Source of the DNA: TPA_inf: Saccharomyces
Taxonomy: Eukaryota
Length of the DNA: 64,000 nucleotides
NCBI GenBank assembly: GCA_000146045.2
Contig: BK006938.2
Coordinates: 736,001-800,000 of the forward strand
Direction: 5' to 3'
Of the stretch, positions 44,390-56,347 are shown piece after piece (position 1 is the stretch's first letter; each line of letters starts with the position of its first letter). The notes under the pieces were generated by a model. That model was not told where the DNA came from and did no database searches. It worked only from the letters and a program-made list of their open reading frames with translations. A program made the translations under genes and the position numbers.

Positions 44390-45100
44390 TCAATCCGATA
44401 TATCTAATTTTGTTTTCATATCTGCTTCGACCTCCGCAACATCATCAATATCTTCCCATTCATCGTTGTCGTCGTATTCATCTTCGTTAGTGTTATCAAT
44501 ATTGTTTTTAGGACTAACGCTCTGTGTAATCAAATGTGTCAAATAGAAAGGTCGAGCCTTATTCTCCACCTCGTTCTCACCATCTTCCGGCTGTATATAA
44601 GAGACAAACTCCTCCGGTACCAACCCTGTTTTTGATCCTGACTCATTTTCTGCTACTAGCCAACCTTGCCCATGCTTGTAACTGATAAATACGATGTCAC
44701 CCTCAGCCAATCTCAATTCATTATCATTTTCGGGTTCGAAATCGTAGAGGGCAACAGCACGTTGGTTAACTATGTAGTCGTCTGGTAGTGTTATACTTTG
44801 TCTTTTATTGTATGTGTCTTCTCCATTTGAAGAATCTGAAACCATTTCATCCTCCTCATTGTCTCCATCAAAATAACCATAATGGAGAGGATTCGAATCT
44901 GCGTACGCATAATCTTTGATTGATATATAACCTATTGTGGTTGTTTCTGTATCTTCCATTGTGTCACTATTTCCTGCCTGCACTGCCTCCACCTCTCTCC
45001 CGTTCTGTAATACTGCCTCATTGAGAACACCTATAGTTTTTTTGAGACCAGATTTCAAAATATTGGTATCTTTTTGTGTGGTCGTTTCCATCGTTGCCAT
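44390..45100 (-). CDS. NBP2: NBP2, an SH3-domain adaptor (236 aa).
   Basis: The SH3 domain reads ALYDFEPENDNELRLAEGDIVFISYKHGQGWLVAENESGSKTGLVPEEFVSY. The length matches. Confidence 0.85.
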   Translation of the reverse strand: MATMETTTQKDTNILKSGLKKTIGVLNEAVLQNGREVEAVQAGNSDTMEDTETTTIGYISIKDYAYADSNPLHYGYFDGDNEEDEMVSDSSNGEDTYNKRQSITLPDDYIVNQRAVALYDFEPENDNELRLAEGDIVFISYKHGQGWLVAENESGSKTGLVPEEFVSYIQPEDGENEVENKARPFYLTHLITQSVSPKNNIDNTNEDEYDDNDEWEDIDDVAEVEADMKTKLDISD

Positions 45101-45422
45101 CGTAGATTCAATAAATATGTCAGTGGAAGTTAAAGTAAGGTAAAGTTGAGAAAAATACTTAAAATTTGTTAGTATCTATCACGTTTTATTGGTAGCTGTT
45201 ATTATGTGTGATTGAGCGTGTTGTTACTGTGCACTGTGTTGCATTGTCCATTACAAGCTACTTCTGAAGTGAATTCTCCATTTCTCGCAACTGGAAAAAT
45301 AAGTTGGTGTGACTAAAAATAATAGTCTATCTCTTCACGAAAAGGAAATAGGAATGACAAAGCTCCAAAAGGCTCCATAAAGAACTTGCTCAGAGGCTGG
45401 CATTTGAAAGGGCTACAAGACC

Positions 45423-45950
45423 ATGACCACATCACACAGACCACAGTTAGAAGCAAGAAGCGGTGCAAAAGCGGCCGCTTATACACCAACAGGCATCGAG
45501 CATGCCAGATTACTACCAGGACATACAACATTAAAATACAGGAAATTTAAAGAGGAGGAAAATCTTAGAGCAAACTGTGCGCAAGAAGATAGGAGCAACG
45601 ATAAATCTTTAGAGGAGGCAGTAATGAACGAAGAGAAACAGGATGTTGTGGGGAGTGGGAACCTCCAAGAAACCCGCAGTGAGAAAGACCAAAAAGACTC
45701 GTTGCAAGAGCTGCTGGTTACTCAAAAAAATAAAGTGGAAGATAAAGCAGAGCTTGAAGGAAATGAACAATTAAAGGGAGGAAATTCGTCTAGGCGATCG
45801 TGGAGAAAGGGCACGGCGTTTGGACGCCATAAAGTAACCAAAGAGACAAATATTAAGGAACATGCAACAAAAAAATCAGCGTCCGGATACATTAACGATA
45901 TGACAAAATCTGAATATCATCAAGAATTTCTCCATAAGCATGTTAGATAG
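45423..45950 (+). CDS. CWC15: CWC15, a spliceosome component of the NTC/Cef1 complex (175 aa).
   Basis: 175-aa ORF starting MTTSHRPQLEARSGAKAAAYTPTGIEHARLLPGHTTLKYR..., the conserved Cwc15/AD002 N-terminus. Confidence 0.8.
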   Translation: MTTSHRPQLEARSGAKAAAYTPTGIEHARLLPGHTTLKYRKFKEEENLRANCAQEDRSNDKSLEEAVMNEEKQDVVGSGNLQETRSEKDQKDSLQELLVTQKNKVEDKAELEGNEQLKGGNSSRRSWRKGTAFGRHKVTKETNIKEHATKKSASGYINDMTKSEYHQEFLHKHVR

Positions 45951-46040
45951 TACATAGGAACGATACATAAATAGTACGTTTATATCTTTTTTTTTTGACA
46001 AGAGCAAGTGATTTTTTTTATCACTGTCTTCTTTAAGGGA

Positions 46041-48215
46041 TCATTTATCATGGTGAGATTTTCTTTTCAAGAACCTCGAGAATTTGCTACGTTTCTTCTC
46101 TTTTTCGGGTGGTTCTGACTTGAGAGAACCTGCTGCTTTGGGACTAGAAGTACCAGACTTAGGACTATTGTCTTGGCTTTTTAAATGAACATGAGAGACT
46201 GGTTGTGCCACCGGTTTCATTTCCCTTAGAAGGAAATCAGGCGGGTTTACTTGCTGGCGCTGATCTTCCTTGAATTTGAAAAATTCTCTAGGATTTTGTA
46301 AACGTTCCACTTCATCTAAGAATTTTGTTGGTGTTAATATCTCGTCGCTGCCAATAAAGATATCTCTGTTCTTCAAGTTTGATTGATCATAAGCAGCTTT
46401 AATTTCGGGAATTGATATACCACCAATAACATAGTAGAAGAATCTTTGTCTAGGTATGTTTTTTTTTATATTAGAGCTTTTCGTGGTCCAAGCTGCCTTG
46501 TGACGGGGATTCCTTAAGGATGAGGAGGAGTTAGCAGAGGTATTCGCTAAGCCTGCTTGGAATTCTTCTTCATTCAATAACTCAATTGGCTTGTCCTTTA
46601 AATATGGGAAGTATTGTTCGCTCAATAACAATGGATTCGCTATAACCTTTGAAAGAATATTCCCTACAGCGGGAACGAACCTTGAAGTGTGATAGATATT
46701 TGGATCATTCACTAAAGTATCATGAAACCATTCCTTTTGAAATGGTTTATCCTTCGGTTTGTCTTTGATCAATTTGAAATCAATTAAATCGTAATTTCTG
46801 AATATTTTTAAATATTGCTGGAAATTTTCATGTTCATGAGTAACTCCTATAAAGTTCAATAATTTAATGAAGTCTAACTCGATAATTCCACCTCTGAAAA
46901 GAGCATACGCAATAATGTAACGCAATTTATCTAAGATTGTCGGTTCCTTCATTGCTAACGCTGGTAAGAGATCATCGATAATATGCTTTATCTTCTCACC
47001 ACTAAAATCCATTCCAAATCCGGATAGGTTTTGTTCAATAGCAGAAATATCCGCTAATTTTCTTTCCGCGTTCTCTCCTAGGCATTCATCTACCAGTGTC
47101 TTATGCAAAATCAGCCTTCTTCTTTCTTCATCAAAATCTTTCAGGTGCGCTACGACACTCAGCAGATCGGTAGTATTCTTTACGTTCGATCTATCAACCA
47201 GCAGAGGGTTTTTAGCAATCAGTTCCTTGATTCTTCCTTGAATATATTCGTTGGCATCCATAATATGCTGATGTTTCAAATCAATCCAGTCAGGATCATA
47301 CAAATCTACCAATTTTGAAACCTTTTCCTCTTGCTCACCAGCTTCATTCTCGGCAGAATAATGATATATATCTTTTTGTGTGTCCACATTAGCTACCAGG
47401 TCATAAGCCATTGCTTGATAGCTAAAATCATGTAATATTGGCGCAAAAGGGTCCAGTGTTCTATCGGTGATTATTAGAATGGAACGCGGTCTTTCAGTGT
47501 TTTGAGGAGGGAAATCTGGATTATTGCGAGCGTATGTATCTATCGCTATTTGGAAAGCGTTTGCAATAGACCTTGTTAAAGAATTTGCGTTGACTACGGC
47601 GTTTCCATTGCGGGCATCTTCCTCTTCCACAGGATTAGATACAGAATATCTAACAATCGGATATTCCCCCGTAATAACACACAAACTAACTAGTGAGCCT
47701 ACAATCTTCCTCACGTTAGTAGGAATCAAAGCCTTACAGTTGTTGTTGAAAAAAACCTGTAATGAGTGTTCCATTTGTAAAGTTTCGAAGAATTGAGATT
47801 CTTTGACGAAAAACCCTAGTTCGATCGGCTTAAATGACTCCAAATTTTGAGCAATGTAACGTTTTGATTGAAAAAACTGAAATATAGGGTTTGTTAATCC
47901 TGGTAAAAATCTGATGTGACATCTTCTGTACTTAGGTGGTCTTACCATGAAGTCAGCATCGATACAATTGATGTTATATTTCGTTGGTTCCAATATGTAA
48001 ATTGCCTCGATGGAGGATTGTCCTTTTCTTGTTGGGGAATCAATCAAATCAACAGATGTGACATTATTTAAAAGTTCTTGGGGTGTGAGGAAAAGATAAC
48101 TCAATATTGTCTCCACAGTTTTATCGATAATAAGAAACTTCAAGTTATTTTTCGTCTCAATCTGATTCAAAACCCCTATCAAATAGTTCCTCTGTAATTC
48201 AATTAAATCAGACAT
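46041..48215 (-). CDS. SEC1: SEC1, the Sec1/Munc18-family SNARE regulator for exocytosis (724 aa).
   Basis: 724-aa ORF of SM-protein type (MSDLIELQRNYLIGVLNQIE...). The length matches. Confidence 0.88.
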   Translation of the reverse strand: MSDLIELQRNYLIGVLNQIETKNNLKFLIIDKTVETILSYLFLTPQELLNNVTSVDLIDSPTRKGQSSIEAIYILEPTKYNINCIDADFMVRPPKYRRCHIRFLPGLTNPIFQFFQSKRYIAQNLESFKPIELGFFVKESQFFETLQMEHSLQVFFNNNCKALIPTNVRKIVGSLVSLCVITGEYPIVRYSVSNPVEEEDARNGNAVVNANSLTRSIANAFQIAIDTYARNNPDFPPQNTERPRSILIITDRTLDPFAPILHDFSYQAMAYDLVANVDTQKDIYHYSAENEAGEQEEKVSKLVDLYDPDWIDLKHQHIMDANEYIQGRIKELIAKNPLLVDRSNVKNTTDLLSVVAHLKDFDEERRRLILHKTLVDECLGENAERKLADISAIEQNLSGFGMDFSGEKIKHIIDDLLPALAMKEPTILDKLRYIIAYALFRGGIIELDFIKLLNFIGVTHEHENFQQYLKIFRNYDLIDFKLIKDKPKDKPFQKEWFHDTLVNDPNIYHTSRFVPAVGNILSKVIANPLLLSEQYFPYLKDKPIELLNEEEFQAGLANTSANSSSSLRNPRHKAAWTTKSSNIKKNIPRQRFFYYVIGGISIPEIKAAYDQSNLKNRDIFIGSDEILTPTKFLDEVERLQNPREFFKFKEDQRQQVNPPDFLLREMKPVAQPVSHVHLKSQDNSPKSGTSSPKAAGSLKSEPPEKEKKRSKFSRFLKRKSHHDK

Positions 48216-48870
48216 CGTTCCGCCAAACCAAGCATGTGCACACTCTTCTACTTTGTCAGTGGATTCTAATTATTTTCAAGGTCTTACAAAGCAATGTCTT
48301 ACTAGTTTCAATAGGGACTTAAACTGATCGTTTAAGCAAAAGAAAAACACCGTGCTGTGTGACCATCTACCAATAATTGCGAGAACATAAGACGACGCCG
48401 CCATTCACCTCTCTATCACTTACACCATGTTATAGGGATAAGTGTGTAGTCGATCGGCTATTCGATGATTTTTAAAGAGTGCCTGTAATAATAGCTGTAT
48501 CGCAAGTAAGGAATACAAGATTACTGATATTTTGATCCAGGAGGATGGACATGTTAGATAGAAAAACTAAGAGGGCTACTACATCCGGTTTAGTATTCTG
48601 TTATTGGGAATGCTTTTCCCAAGACGCAAGCAAGAGGTGACACATAAACATAGTTTTCTTATTGTATCGTTACATATTCTTATTTTACGCTGCTGTCATT
48701 AAATATGGCACTTATCTCAGATACATTTCTTTTAATCAGCGAAAAAAATGGCGAGGTGAAAAAAATCGATGAGATGAAAAAATTTTTTACTAGTAAAGGC
48801 GTATTGATGATATATTAGCAGCTAAAGTATAGCAAGGTTTGTCAATTTGAAGCAGTCCGCGTGTTTTACA

Positions 48871-50205
48871 ATGAGCGTCATTCATCCTTTGCAGAATTTA
48901 CTCACCTCTCGTGATGGCTCATTAGTTTTCGCCATCATTAAGAATTGTATCTTAAGCTTCAAATATCAATCGCCAAATCATTGGGAATTTGCTGGAAAAT
49001 GGTCTGATGATTTCGACAAAATTCAAGAATCGAGAAACACCACTGCTAAGGAGCAACAAGGACAATCCAGCGAAAACGAAAACGAGAACAAAAAATTGAA
49101 AAGTAATAAAGGCGATTCCATTAAAAGGACAGCAGCCAAGGTACCATCTCCAGGTCTTGGCGCCCCACCGATATATTCGTACATAAGAAATCTGAGATTA
49201 ACTTCGGATGAATCAAGACTAATTGCGTGCGCAGATTCTGACAAGTCCCTCCTAGTTTTCGATGTCGACAAAACTTCCAAAAATGTCTTAAAGTTGAGAA
49301 AAAGGTTCTGCTTCTCAAAGAGACCGAATGCTATTTCTATAGCCGAAGATGATACTACAGTCATAATAGCTGACAAATTTGGTGATGTATATTCTATTGA
49401 TATTAATTCTATCCCGGAAGAAAAGTTTACTCAAGAACCTATTCTCGGTCATGTCTCTATGTTGACTGATGTACACTTGATTAAAGACTCTGACGGTCAT
49501 CAATTCATAATTACAAGTGATAGAGATGAGCATATTAAAATTTCGCATTATCCCCAATGTTTCATTGTGGACAAATGGCTCTTTGGTCATAAGCATTTTG
49601 TTTCTTCCATATGCTGTGGCAAAGACTATTTATTATTAAGTGCAGGTGGTGACGATAAAATCTTCGCTTGGGATTGGAAAACTGGTAAGAACTTGTCTAC
49701 CTTCGATTATAATAGTTTGATTAAACCTTATTTGAATGATCAGCATTTAGCACCACCAAGATTTCAAAATGAAAATAATGATATTATTGAATTTGCAGTT
49801 AGTAAAATTATAAAGTCAAAGAACCTACCGTTTGTTGCGTTTTTCGTCGAAGCTACAAAATGCATAATAATTCTGGAAATGTCCGAAAAACAAAAAGGGG
49901 ATCTTGCACTAAAGCAAATTATAACTTTTCCATATAATGTTATCTCATTATCCGCCCATAATGATGAATTCCAAGTCACCCTAGATAATAAGGAATCATC
50001 TGGTGTGCAAAAAAATTTTGCCAAATTCATTGAATATAACTTAAATGAGAATAGTTTTGTCGTGAATAATGAAAAATCAAACGAATTTGACAGTGCCATC
50101 ATACAATCAGTACAAGGGGATTCTAACTTGGTGACCAAGAAAGAAGAAATTTACCCGTTATACAATGTTTCCTCGTTAAGAAAACATGGAGAACATTACT
50201 CGTGA
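48871..50205 (+). CDS. TRM82: TRM82, the WD40 subunit of the tRNA m7G46 methyltransferase (444 aa).
   Basis: The ATG at 48871 gives [20 protein letters not shown]..., a WD-repeat protein. The 8-aa upstream extension of the track ORF is discarded. Confidence 0.8.
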   Translation: MSVIHPLQNLLTSRDGSLVFAIIKNCILSFKYQSPNHWEFAGKWSDDFDKIQESRNTTAKEQQGQSSENENENKKLKSNKGDSIKRTAAKVPSPGLGAPPIYSYIRNLRLTSDESRLIACADSDKSLLVFDVDKTSKNVLKLRKRFCFSKRPNAISIAEDDTTVIIADKFGDVYSIDINSIPEEKFTQEPILGHVSMLTDVHLIKDSDGHQFIITSDRDEHIKISHYPQCFIVDKWLFGHKHFVSSICCGKDYLLLSAGGDDKIFAWDWKTGKNLSTFDYNSLIKPYLNDQHLAPPRFQNENNDIIEFAVSKIIKSKNLPFVAFFVEATKCIIILEMSEKQKGDLALKQIITFPYNVISLSAHNDEFQVTLDNKESSGVQKNFAKFIEYNLNENSFVVNNEKSNEFDSAIIQSVQGDSNLVTKKEEIYPLYNVSSLRKHGEHYS

Positions 50206-50305
50206 AATAAAAAGGTAGTAAGTACATCTTTATAACTAATATAAAAAAAGATACGTACCGATTTGTGTTAATAATCATTGTTAGTACATCTTTATACCTC
50301 TGTTT

Positions 50306-53221
50306 CTAGCTGAAGGCGGCGAATTGAATAGCAGTTCTTTTTAAATTGGCAGATACAATAGGATTAATCTCATTGATACATTTTTGTAGTCTATTTGTGT
50401 CGTTCTGGAAACAGTTTTGTAAGCACGCCCTTAATGTGGCCTCGGTGTCCTTTTCAAGTAAAGGACCCATAACCTTCTGAAAGAATTCCAAATCCACTAT
50501 AATTTGTAATGAGCCATCATTAGAAAGATTACCAACATAAGGCTTAAATGCCTCAAAGAGGTATCTGGCTATAAAAATCTGCGTTTCAATTAAAATCTTA
50601 TGGATGAGCTGAGGCCCAATTCTAAAGCACTCACTGTGAACCACGATCAGAATCATTAACGCTTCTATAATATAGTCACCAACCCTGAATGAATTTGATG
50701 TATACATGGGCCAATTTATTTCGTGGAATTTTTCTTCAAGAGTATCCCTTAAGTTGATCTTTAAGTCAGAAAGATAGTTACCGAAAATTGAAGATTCCAT
50801 CTTAGATAGTAGGCTAAATAATTCTAAGTTTTTGGAAGCCAAATTCCACTCGAATGCGTCATCAAAATACTGCAAAATATTTGGGAATGCACATTCTCTA
50901 AAATATTGTAGATTTGTTAATGTTAAGATGGTATGAGAATTTCTTGGGTTGTCCTTATCCTTTGCCGCATTTTTTAAGATCGCTTCCAATACAGCTTCCA
51001 TCGATATAATCTGTTGAATTTCTATACCTGTGAGCAGTTGTTTTGACGGATAACTTACTACTGAAATTCCGTTAATGATTGGTAATTTTTCATATGCGAA
51101 TAATAGATCTCTAGTAGTTTTGATACTCACTTCTTGAAACGAGGTGACAATTTCCGGAAATTGTGTCACACCATATTCGAAAGTTAGATTTTTACTACTG
51201 TCCTGTGATTTGCTTGAAAATGTAACCGTTTCATAGACCTGCCAGTTCTCCAGTTGATAAAAGTTAGATATATCTCTTAATTTCGTGGAAGATATGGCAC
51301 CTACGCAACGATTGATTATAGTTGATAGAGTGTTCCTGCAAATGGTGATTCCGTTAGTTGTGATATTTAATTGCGCTAACTCGGTAGAGAATTTCAAAAT
51401 GGGCTCCACAATTTTCGGTAGATATCTTAAACAACTCAATCCATTACAATTAGGAGGTATAAATCCATAATCCAAAGGTGACCCCGAATCTTTATTACTG
51501 CGGGTAATATCTCCAGTAGAATCCTTCAATGATGATGGTAGAGATGATTGAGAAGATGTGAAAAATGATATTAAATTTTGTGAGACTGAAGTGATGAATT
51601 CCTCGCCCTTTAACCTAACCTCGTTAATCTGTTCTTCCTTCAAGATCAAGCTTTTTTGGTATGATTCAATAATATTAGAATCACCGATCAAAATGTTTTC
51701 TTTTCTTTTTTCATTTATAATGGAATTTTGGTAAGTCCCATCGAGGAACTTTTCAATGTGTTCCCAGAATTCTATAAATTGATCACAAATTTTCCACAGG
51801 TCGTTAATATATTTTAAGATTAATAGCCACATTTCAATGATAGTTGGGGAATCAGTTAGTCCTTGAGAGCTGGGTTGGCAATTCAAATTTAGATAGCTGG
51901 TTCCAGAAATGGTGTTAACTTTATTGGGTTCAACGGTACTTTTCAAACCTTCACTATCCTTGCCCGTATCACTTATTATTTGGAATAATTGATTGATTTT
52001 CAAATAATACGACAGCTCCACGCACCCTTGACTTTTATCTTGATTAGTATTGTTTTGTAATATAAGCCTTTGAGAATGAATGATTTTACTAATCATATGG
52101 CCAGACAACTCGTTCAGTTCATTCTGAAAGCCATTCATTTTGATGGACATCCATCTTAGGATTGGATTTTCATTGGATGATGAAGTTGTGTTCTTGTTAC
52201 CACTTTCACTTTCTCTTTGATTATTATTGATAAAGTTTTCTAAGTTCAACAATTTTGAAAAGAGGGACAAAATTGTTTCTTGGGGTTGGTCAATGTTAAA
52301 ATTTGAATTTATTAAACTGTTCCAAATCAGATCTTTATACGTGACTAATAAATTTTCTATTTGAGTCCAAATTCTTTTTATAACAAGAGATTGTGAAGCA
52401 TCTGAACTCTGGTTGAAACGGCGACGGAGCGTAAGACCTTTTGAATATTCGATAATGAACTCATTGAAATCGTTGTTAGTCAAACATCTCTTTAAAGATT
52501 TGGGTAGGTTGAAGTAAAACTTATTCAATTCAATAAATTTTTTGGTGGCCTGGTAATTCAAAATTTTCTGATAGTTATCCATTAGCGGTTTCAGTTTGAA
52601 AGTTGTTGTTCTAATAACCTCGTCGACCTTTTTATTTAAGCTTTCCACATTTATTTGATTTTCTTTTGGTGAATCACATTGGTTTTTTTCATTCGTTTTC
52701 TCGTCAAATTCTTTGTAAATTTGGTCTAACTTGTTTTTAATCTTAACATACTTGGTGAAATTTTTACCAACCAATTGTTTCAAATGTATAGATTGGTCTT
52801 GTATATCACTGTCCAACCTGTCCAGTGAGTTATTTAGATCATTGAAAGAGTCTTGTTTGTGCATATCTCTCAGAAAGGCTTTGACGTTGAATTGTTTACT
52901 GTTGACAAGATAGTTCAACCGCATTGAATCATTTGGTAGATGTTGCAATTCTTTAGACATTTCTTGTCCATTCAAGGGATCTCTAATATAACTTAACGAC
53001 TCATCGTTTAAATATGCTCTCGATTCCTTGTCAATGCTAATTTGATTGCCATATTTGAAGTCTTTTAATATGTCGAATGACGTTTCAACGCCAAGTTCAT
53101 TGCTTGTAGCCTCTTCATTATTCAATTTTGAGGAATCTTGGGCCCAGGAATGGGTCGGATTAATAGTCTTCAACTGATAAAAACGAAGTAGTTGCTCGTC
53201 GCCAATTTGAAACCTATCCAT
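50306..53221 (-). CDS. SEC5: SEC5, an exocyst subunit (971 aa).
   Basis: 971-aa ORF ([37 protein letters not shown]...). The length and position fit. Confidence 0.85.
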
Positions 53222-53448
53222 GGTACCAAACTTTTTTTCGCTACTTTATTTCAACAGAAACTTCTTTCCTAGTTTAGCAGCTTTAACGCAGCTTATTTTT
53301 GTTACTTTAGTTGAATAGTAGGAGTTGATACTTTTGTTTTTTCAAGTTGAAAACAGAAACGAAAAATTAAAGAAGCTGCAGATTCAGCATTCATGCCTAA
53401 GCTAAAAAGAACTGGCAGCGAAGAACAGAGGAAAGAATAACTGAAACT

Positions 53449-54069
53449 ATGGATTTTGAGGAAGATTACGATGCGGAGTTTGATGATAATCAAGAAGGAC
53501 AATTAGAAACACCTTTTCCATCGGTTGCGGGAGCCGATGATGGGGACAATGATAATGATGACTCTGTCGCAGAAAACATGAAGAAGAAGCAAAAGAGAGA
53601 GGCTGTAGTGGATGATGGGAGTGAAAATGCATTTGGTATACCCGAATTTACAAGAAAAGATAAGACTCTGGAGGAGATTCTAGAGATGATGGACAGTACT
53701 CCTCCTATCATTCCCGATGCAGTAATAGACTACTATTTAACCAAAAACGGGTTTAACGTAGCAGATGTACGAGTGAAACGACTTTTAGCACTTGCTACTC
53801 AGAAATTTGTTAGTGATATAGCTAAGGATGCCTACGAATATTCCAGGATCAGGTCTTCCGTAGCGGTATCTAATGCTAACAACAGTCAGGCGAGAGCTAG
53901 GCAGCTATTGCAAGGACAGCAACAGCCTGGCGTGCAGCAGATTTCACAACAACAACATCAACAGAATGAGAAGACTACAGCAAGCAAAGTTGTTCTGACG
54001 GTGAACGATCTCAGTAGCGCTGTTGCTGAATACGGGCTCAATATAGGTCGCCCAGACTTTTATCGTTAG
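53449..54069 (+). CDS. TAF10: TAF10, a TFIID/SAGA histone-fold subunit (206 aa).
   Basis: 206-aa ORF with an acidic N-terminus and a C-terminal histone-fold region (...[48 protein letters not shown]...). Confidence 0.85.
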
Positions 54070-54327
54070 TGGCTAACAAATGGAAATGAAATATGTATAT
54101 AGTGTAGCAGTATGCAACTCTTTTAAATACACGATTCGTTATTAGATTGATTAGAGCACTTATTCACGCAAATTTGACACGCTTTTTGAACATCCGTTTT
54201 TCACGATTTTTTACTGAAGGATCATGAAAGATTGCCACATAAGAGAACACCTCCGTTGCACCAACACTTCATCACGATAAAAAAACTATCGAGCTATCGT
54301 ACTACGGAACAACTACATAAGTCAAAA

Positions 54328-55848
54328 ATGGCCATTGATTACTCTAAGTGGGATAAAATTGAACTATCAGATGATTCTGATGTCGAGGTGCATCCTAATG
54401 TGGACAAGAAATCGTTCATTAAATGGAAACAACAGAGTATCCATGAACAGCGATTCAAAAGGAACCAAGATATCAAAAATTTGGAGACACAAGTGGATAT
54501 GTATTCTCATTTGAACAAACGAGTGGACAGAATTTTGAGTAATTTACCTGAAAGTTCTCTTACTGATTTGCCAGCCGTTACCAAATTCTTGAATGCAAAT
54601 TTTGATAAGATGGAGAAAAGTAAAGGGGAAAATGTTGATCCTGAGATTGCAACATACAATGAAATGGTTGAAGATCTTTTTGAACAATTAGCAAAAGATT
54701 TAGACAAAGAGGGCAAAGACTCGAAGAGCCCATCTCTCATAAGGGATGCTATTTTGAAACATAGGGCTAAGATCGATTCAGTAACTGTAGAGGCTAAGAA
54801 GAAATTAGATGAATTATACAAGGAGAAAAATGCACACATTTCATCTGAAGACATTCATACAGGCTTTGATAGTAGCTTTATGAACAAGCAAAAGGGGGGG
54901 GCTAAGCCACTGGAAGCAACTCCTTCAGAAGCTCTTTCGAGCGCTGCAGAGTCTAATATTCTTAATAAACTAGCAAAATCATCAGTTCCGCAAACTTTCA
55001 TCGATTTTAAAGATGATCCTATGAAACTGGCCAAGGAAACTGAAGAATTCGGTAAAATATCCATTAATGAGTACTCAAAATCTCAGAAATTCTTACTGGA
55101 GCACTTACCTATTATTTCAGAACAACAAAAGGACGCCTTAATGATGAAGGCCTTTGAGTATCAGTTACATGGTGACGATAAGATGACTTTGCAAGTCATT
55201 CATCAATCCGAATTGATGGCCTACATTAAGGAAATCTACGACATGAAGAAAATTCCATATTTAAATCCAATGGAACTATCAAATGTCATTAATATGTTTT
55301 TCGAGAAGGTTATCTTCAACAAGGACAAGCCAATGGGTAAAGAGTCTTTTTTGAGATCAGTTCAAGAAAAATTTTTGCACATTCAAAAACGTTCCAAAAT
55401 TTTACAACAAGAGGAAATGGATGAATCGAATGCTGAAGGAGTAGAGACGATTCAATTGAAATCTCTAGATGATTCTACAGAATTAGAAGTAAACTTGCCA
55501 GACTTCAATTCTAAAGATCCAGAAGAGATGAAAAAGGTTAAAGTTTTCAAAACTTTAATACCGGAAAAAATGCAAGAAGCCATAATGACCAAAAATTTGG
55601 ATAATATTAATAAAGTCTTTGAAGATATACCAATTGAAGAGGCTGAGAAACTTTTGGAAGTGTTTAATGACATTGACATTATTGGAATAAAAGCGATCTT
55701 AGAAAACGAGAAAGACTTTCAAAGTTTGAAAGATCAATACGAACAGGACCATGAAGACGCCACTATGGAGAATCTGTCCTTAAACGACCGTGATGGTGGC
55801 GGAGATAACCATGAAGAGGTCAAACATACTGCCGACACTGTTGACTAG
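54328..55848 (+). CDS. CDC37: CDC37, the Hsp90 kinase-client co-chaperone (506 aa).
   Basis: The first ATG gives MAIDYSKWDKIELSDDSDVEVHPNVDKKSFIKWKQQ..., the conserved Cdc37 N-terminus. The track ORF has a 32-aa TTG-initiated extension. Confidence 0.9.
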   Translation: MAIDYSKWDKIELSDDSDVEVHPNVDKKSFIKWKQQSIHEQRFKRNQDIKNLETQVDMYSHLNKRVDRILSNLPESSLTDLPAVTKFLNANFDKMEKSKGENVDPEIATYNEMVEDLFEQLAKDLDKEGKDSKSPSLIRDAILKHRAKIDSVTVEAKKKLDELYKEKNAHISSEDIHTGFDSSFMNKQKGGAKPLEATPSEALSSAAESNILNKLAKSSVPQTFIDFKDDPMKLAKETEEFGKISINEYSKSQKFLLEHLPIISEQQKDALMMKAFEYQLHGDDKMTLQVIHQSELMAYIKEIYDMKKIPYLNPMELSNVINMFFEKVIFNKDKPMGKESFLRSVQEKFLHIQKRSKILQQEEMDESNAEGVETIQLKSLDDSTELEVNLPDFNSKDPEEMKKVKVFKTLIPEKMQEAIMTKNLDNINKVFEDIPIEEAEKLLEVFNDIDIIGIKAILENEKDFQSLKDQYEQDHEDATMENLSLNDRDGGGDNHEEVKHTADTVD

Positions 55849-56347
55849 AAATTTATGTAGCTATTTTACTGGTGCAGCGTGCATCTACTTCCTTTTTTAT
55901 TGTTATTTTCATTTATACATAATACAAAAAAAAAAAAGAAGAAAATTAATGATCAATAAAGAAAATCGTGAAATTACAGCAGAGGTTTTGTACCTGCTTT
56001 CCTACGTTAGTACATAATATCTTATTTTTTATTAGTGCATGTTTTTCTCAGTGTGTGTTTTTGTAATTTGTATATACTACACAAAGAATCGGAAGGGTAA
56101 AATGTGAAAAATACTGGGTCTTTTGAAATATATTGAACGGGCTAATATATGAAATGAATATGAAAAGAAGAAAAAAATGTGACAAGAAAAAAGTGGTGAC
56201 AAAAAAGACAAAATAATTATTCAGAGATGATAAACTTAAAGCAAAACTTGGTAACAAACTTTCATTAAAACAAAATATGTATTCTTTTTTCATTTTCATT
56301 TTTTTTTTACTGTTTTTTTGTTATTTCATGGAACTGGTAAAGAATTC

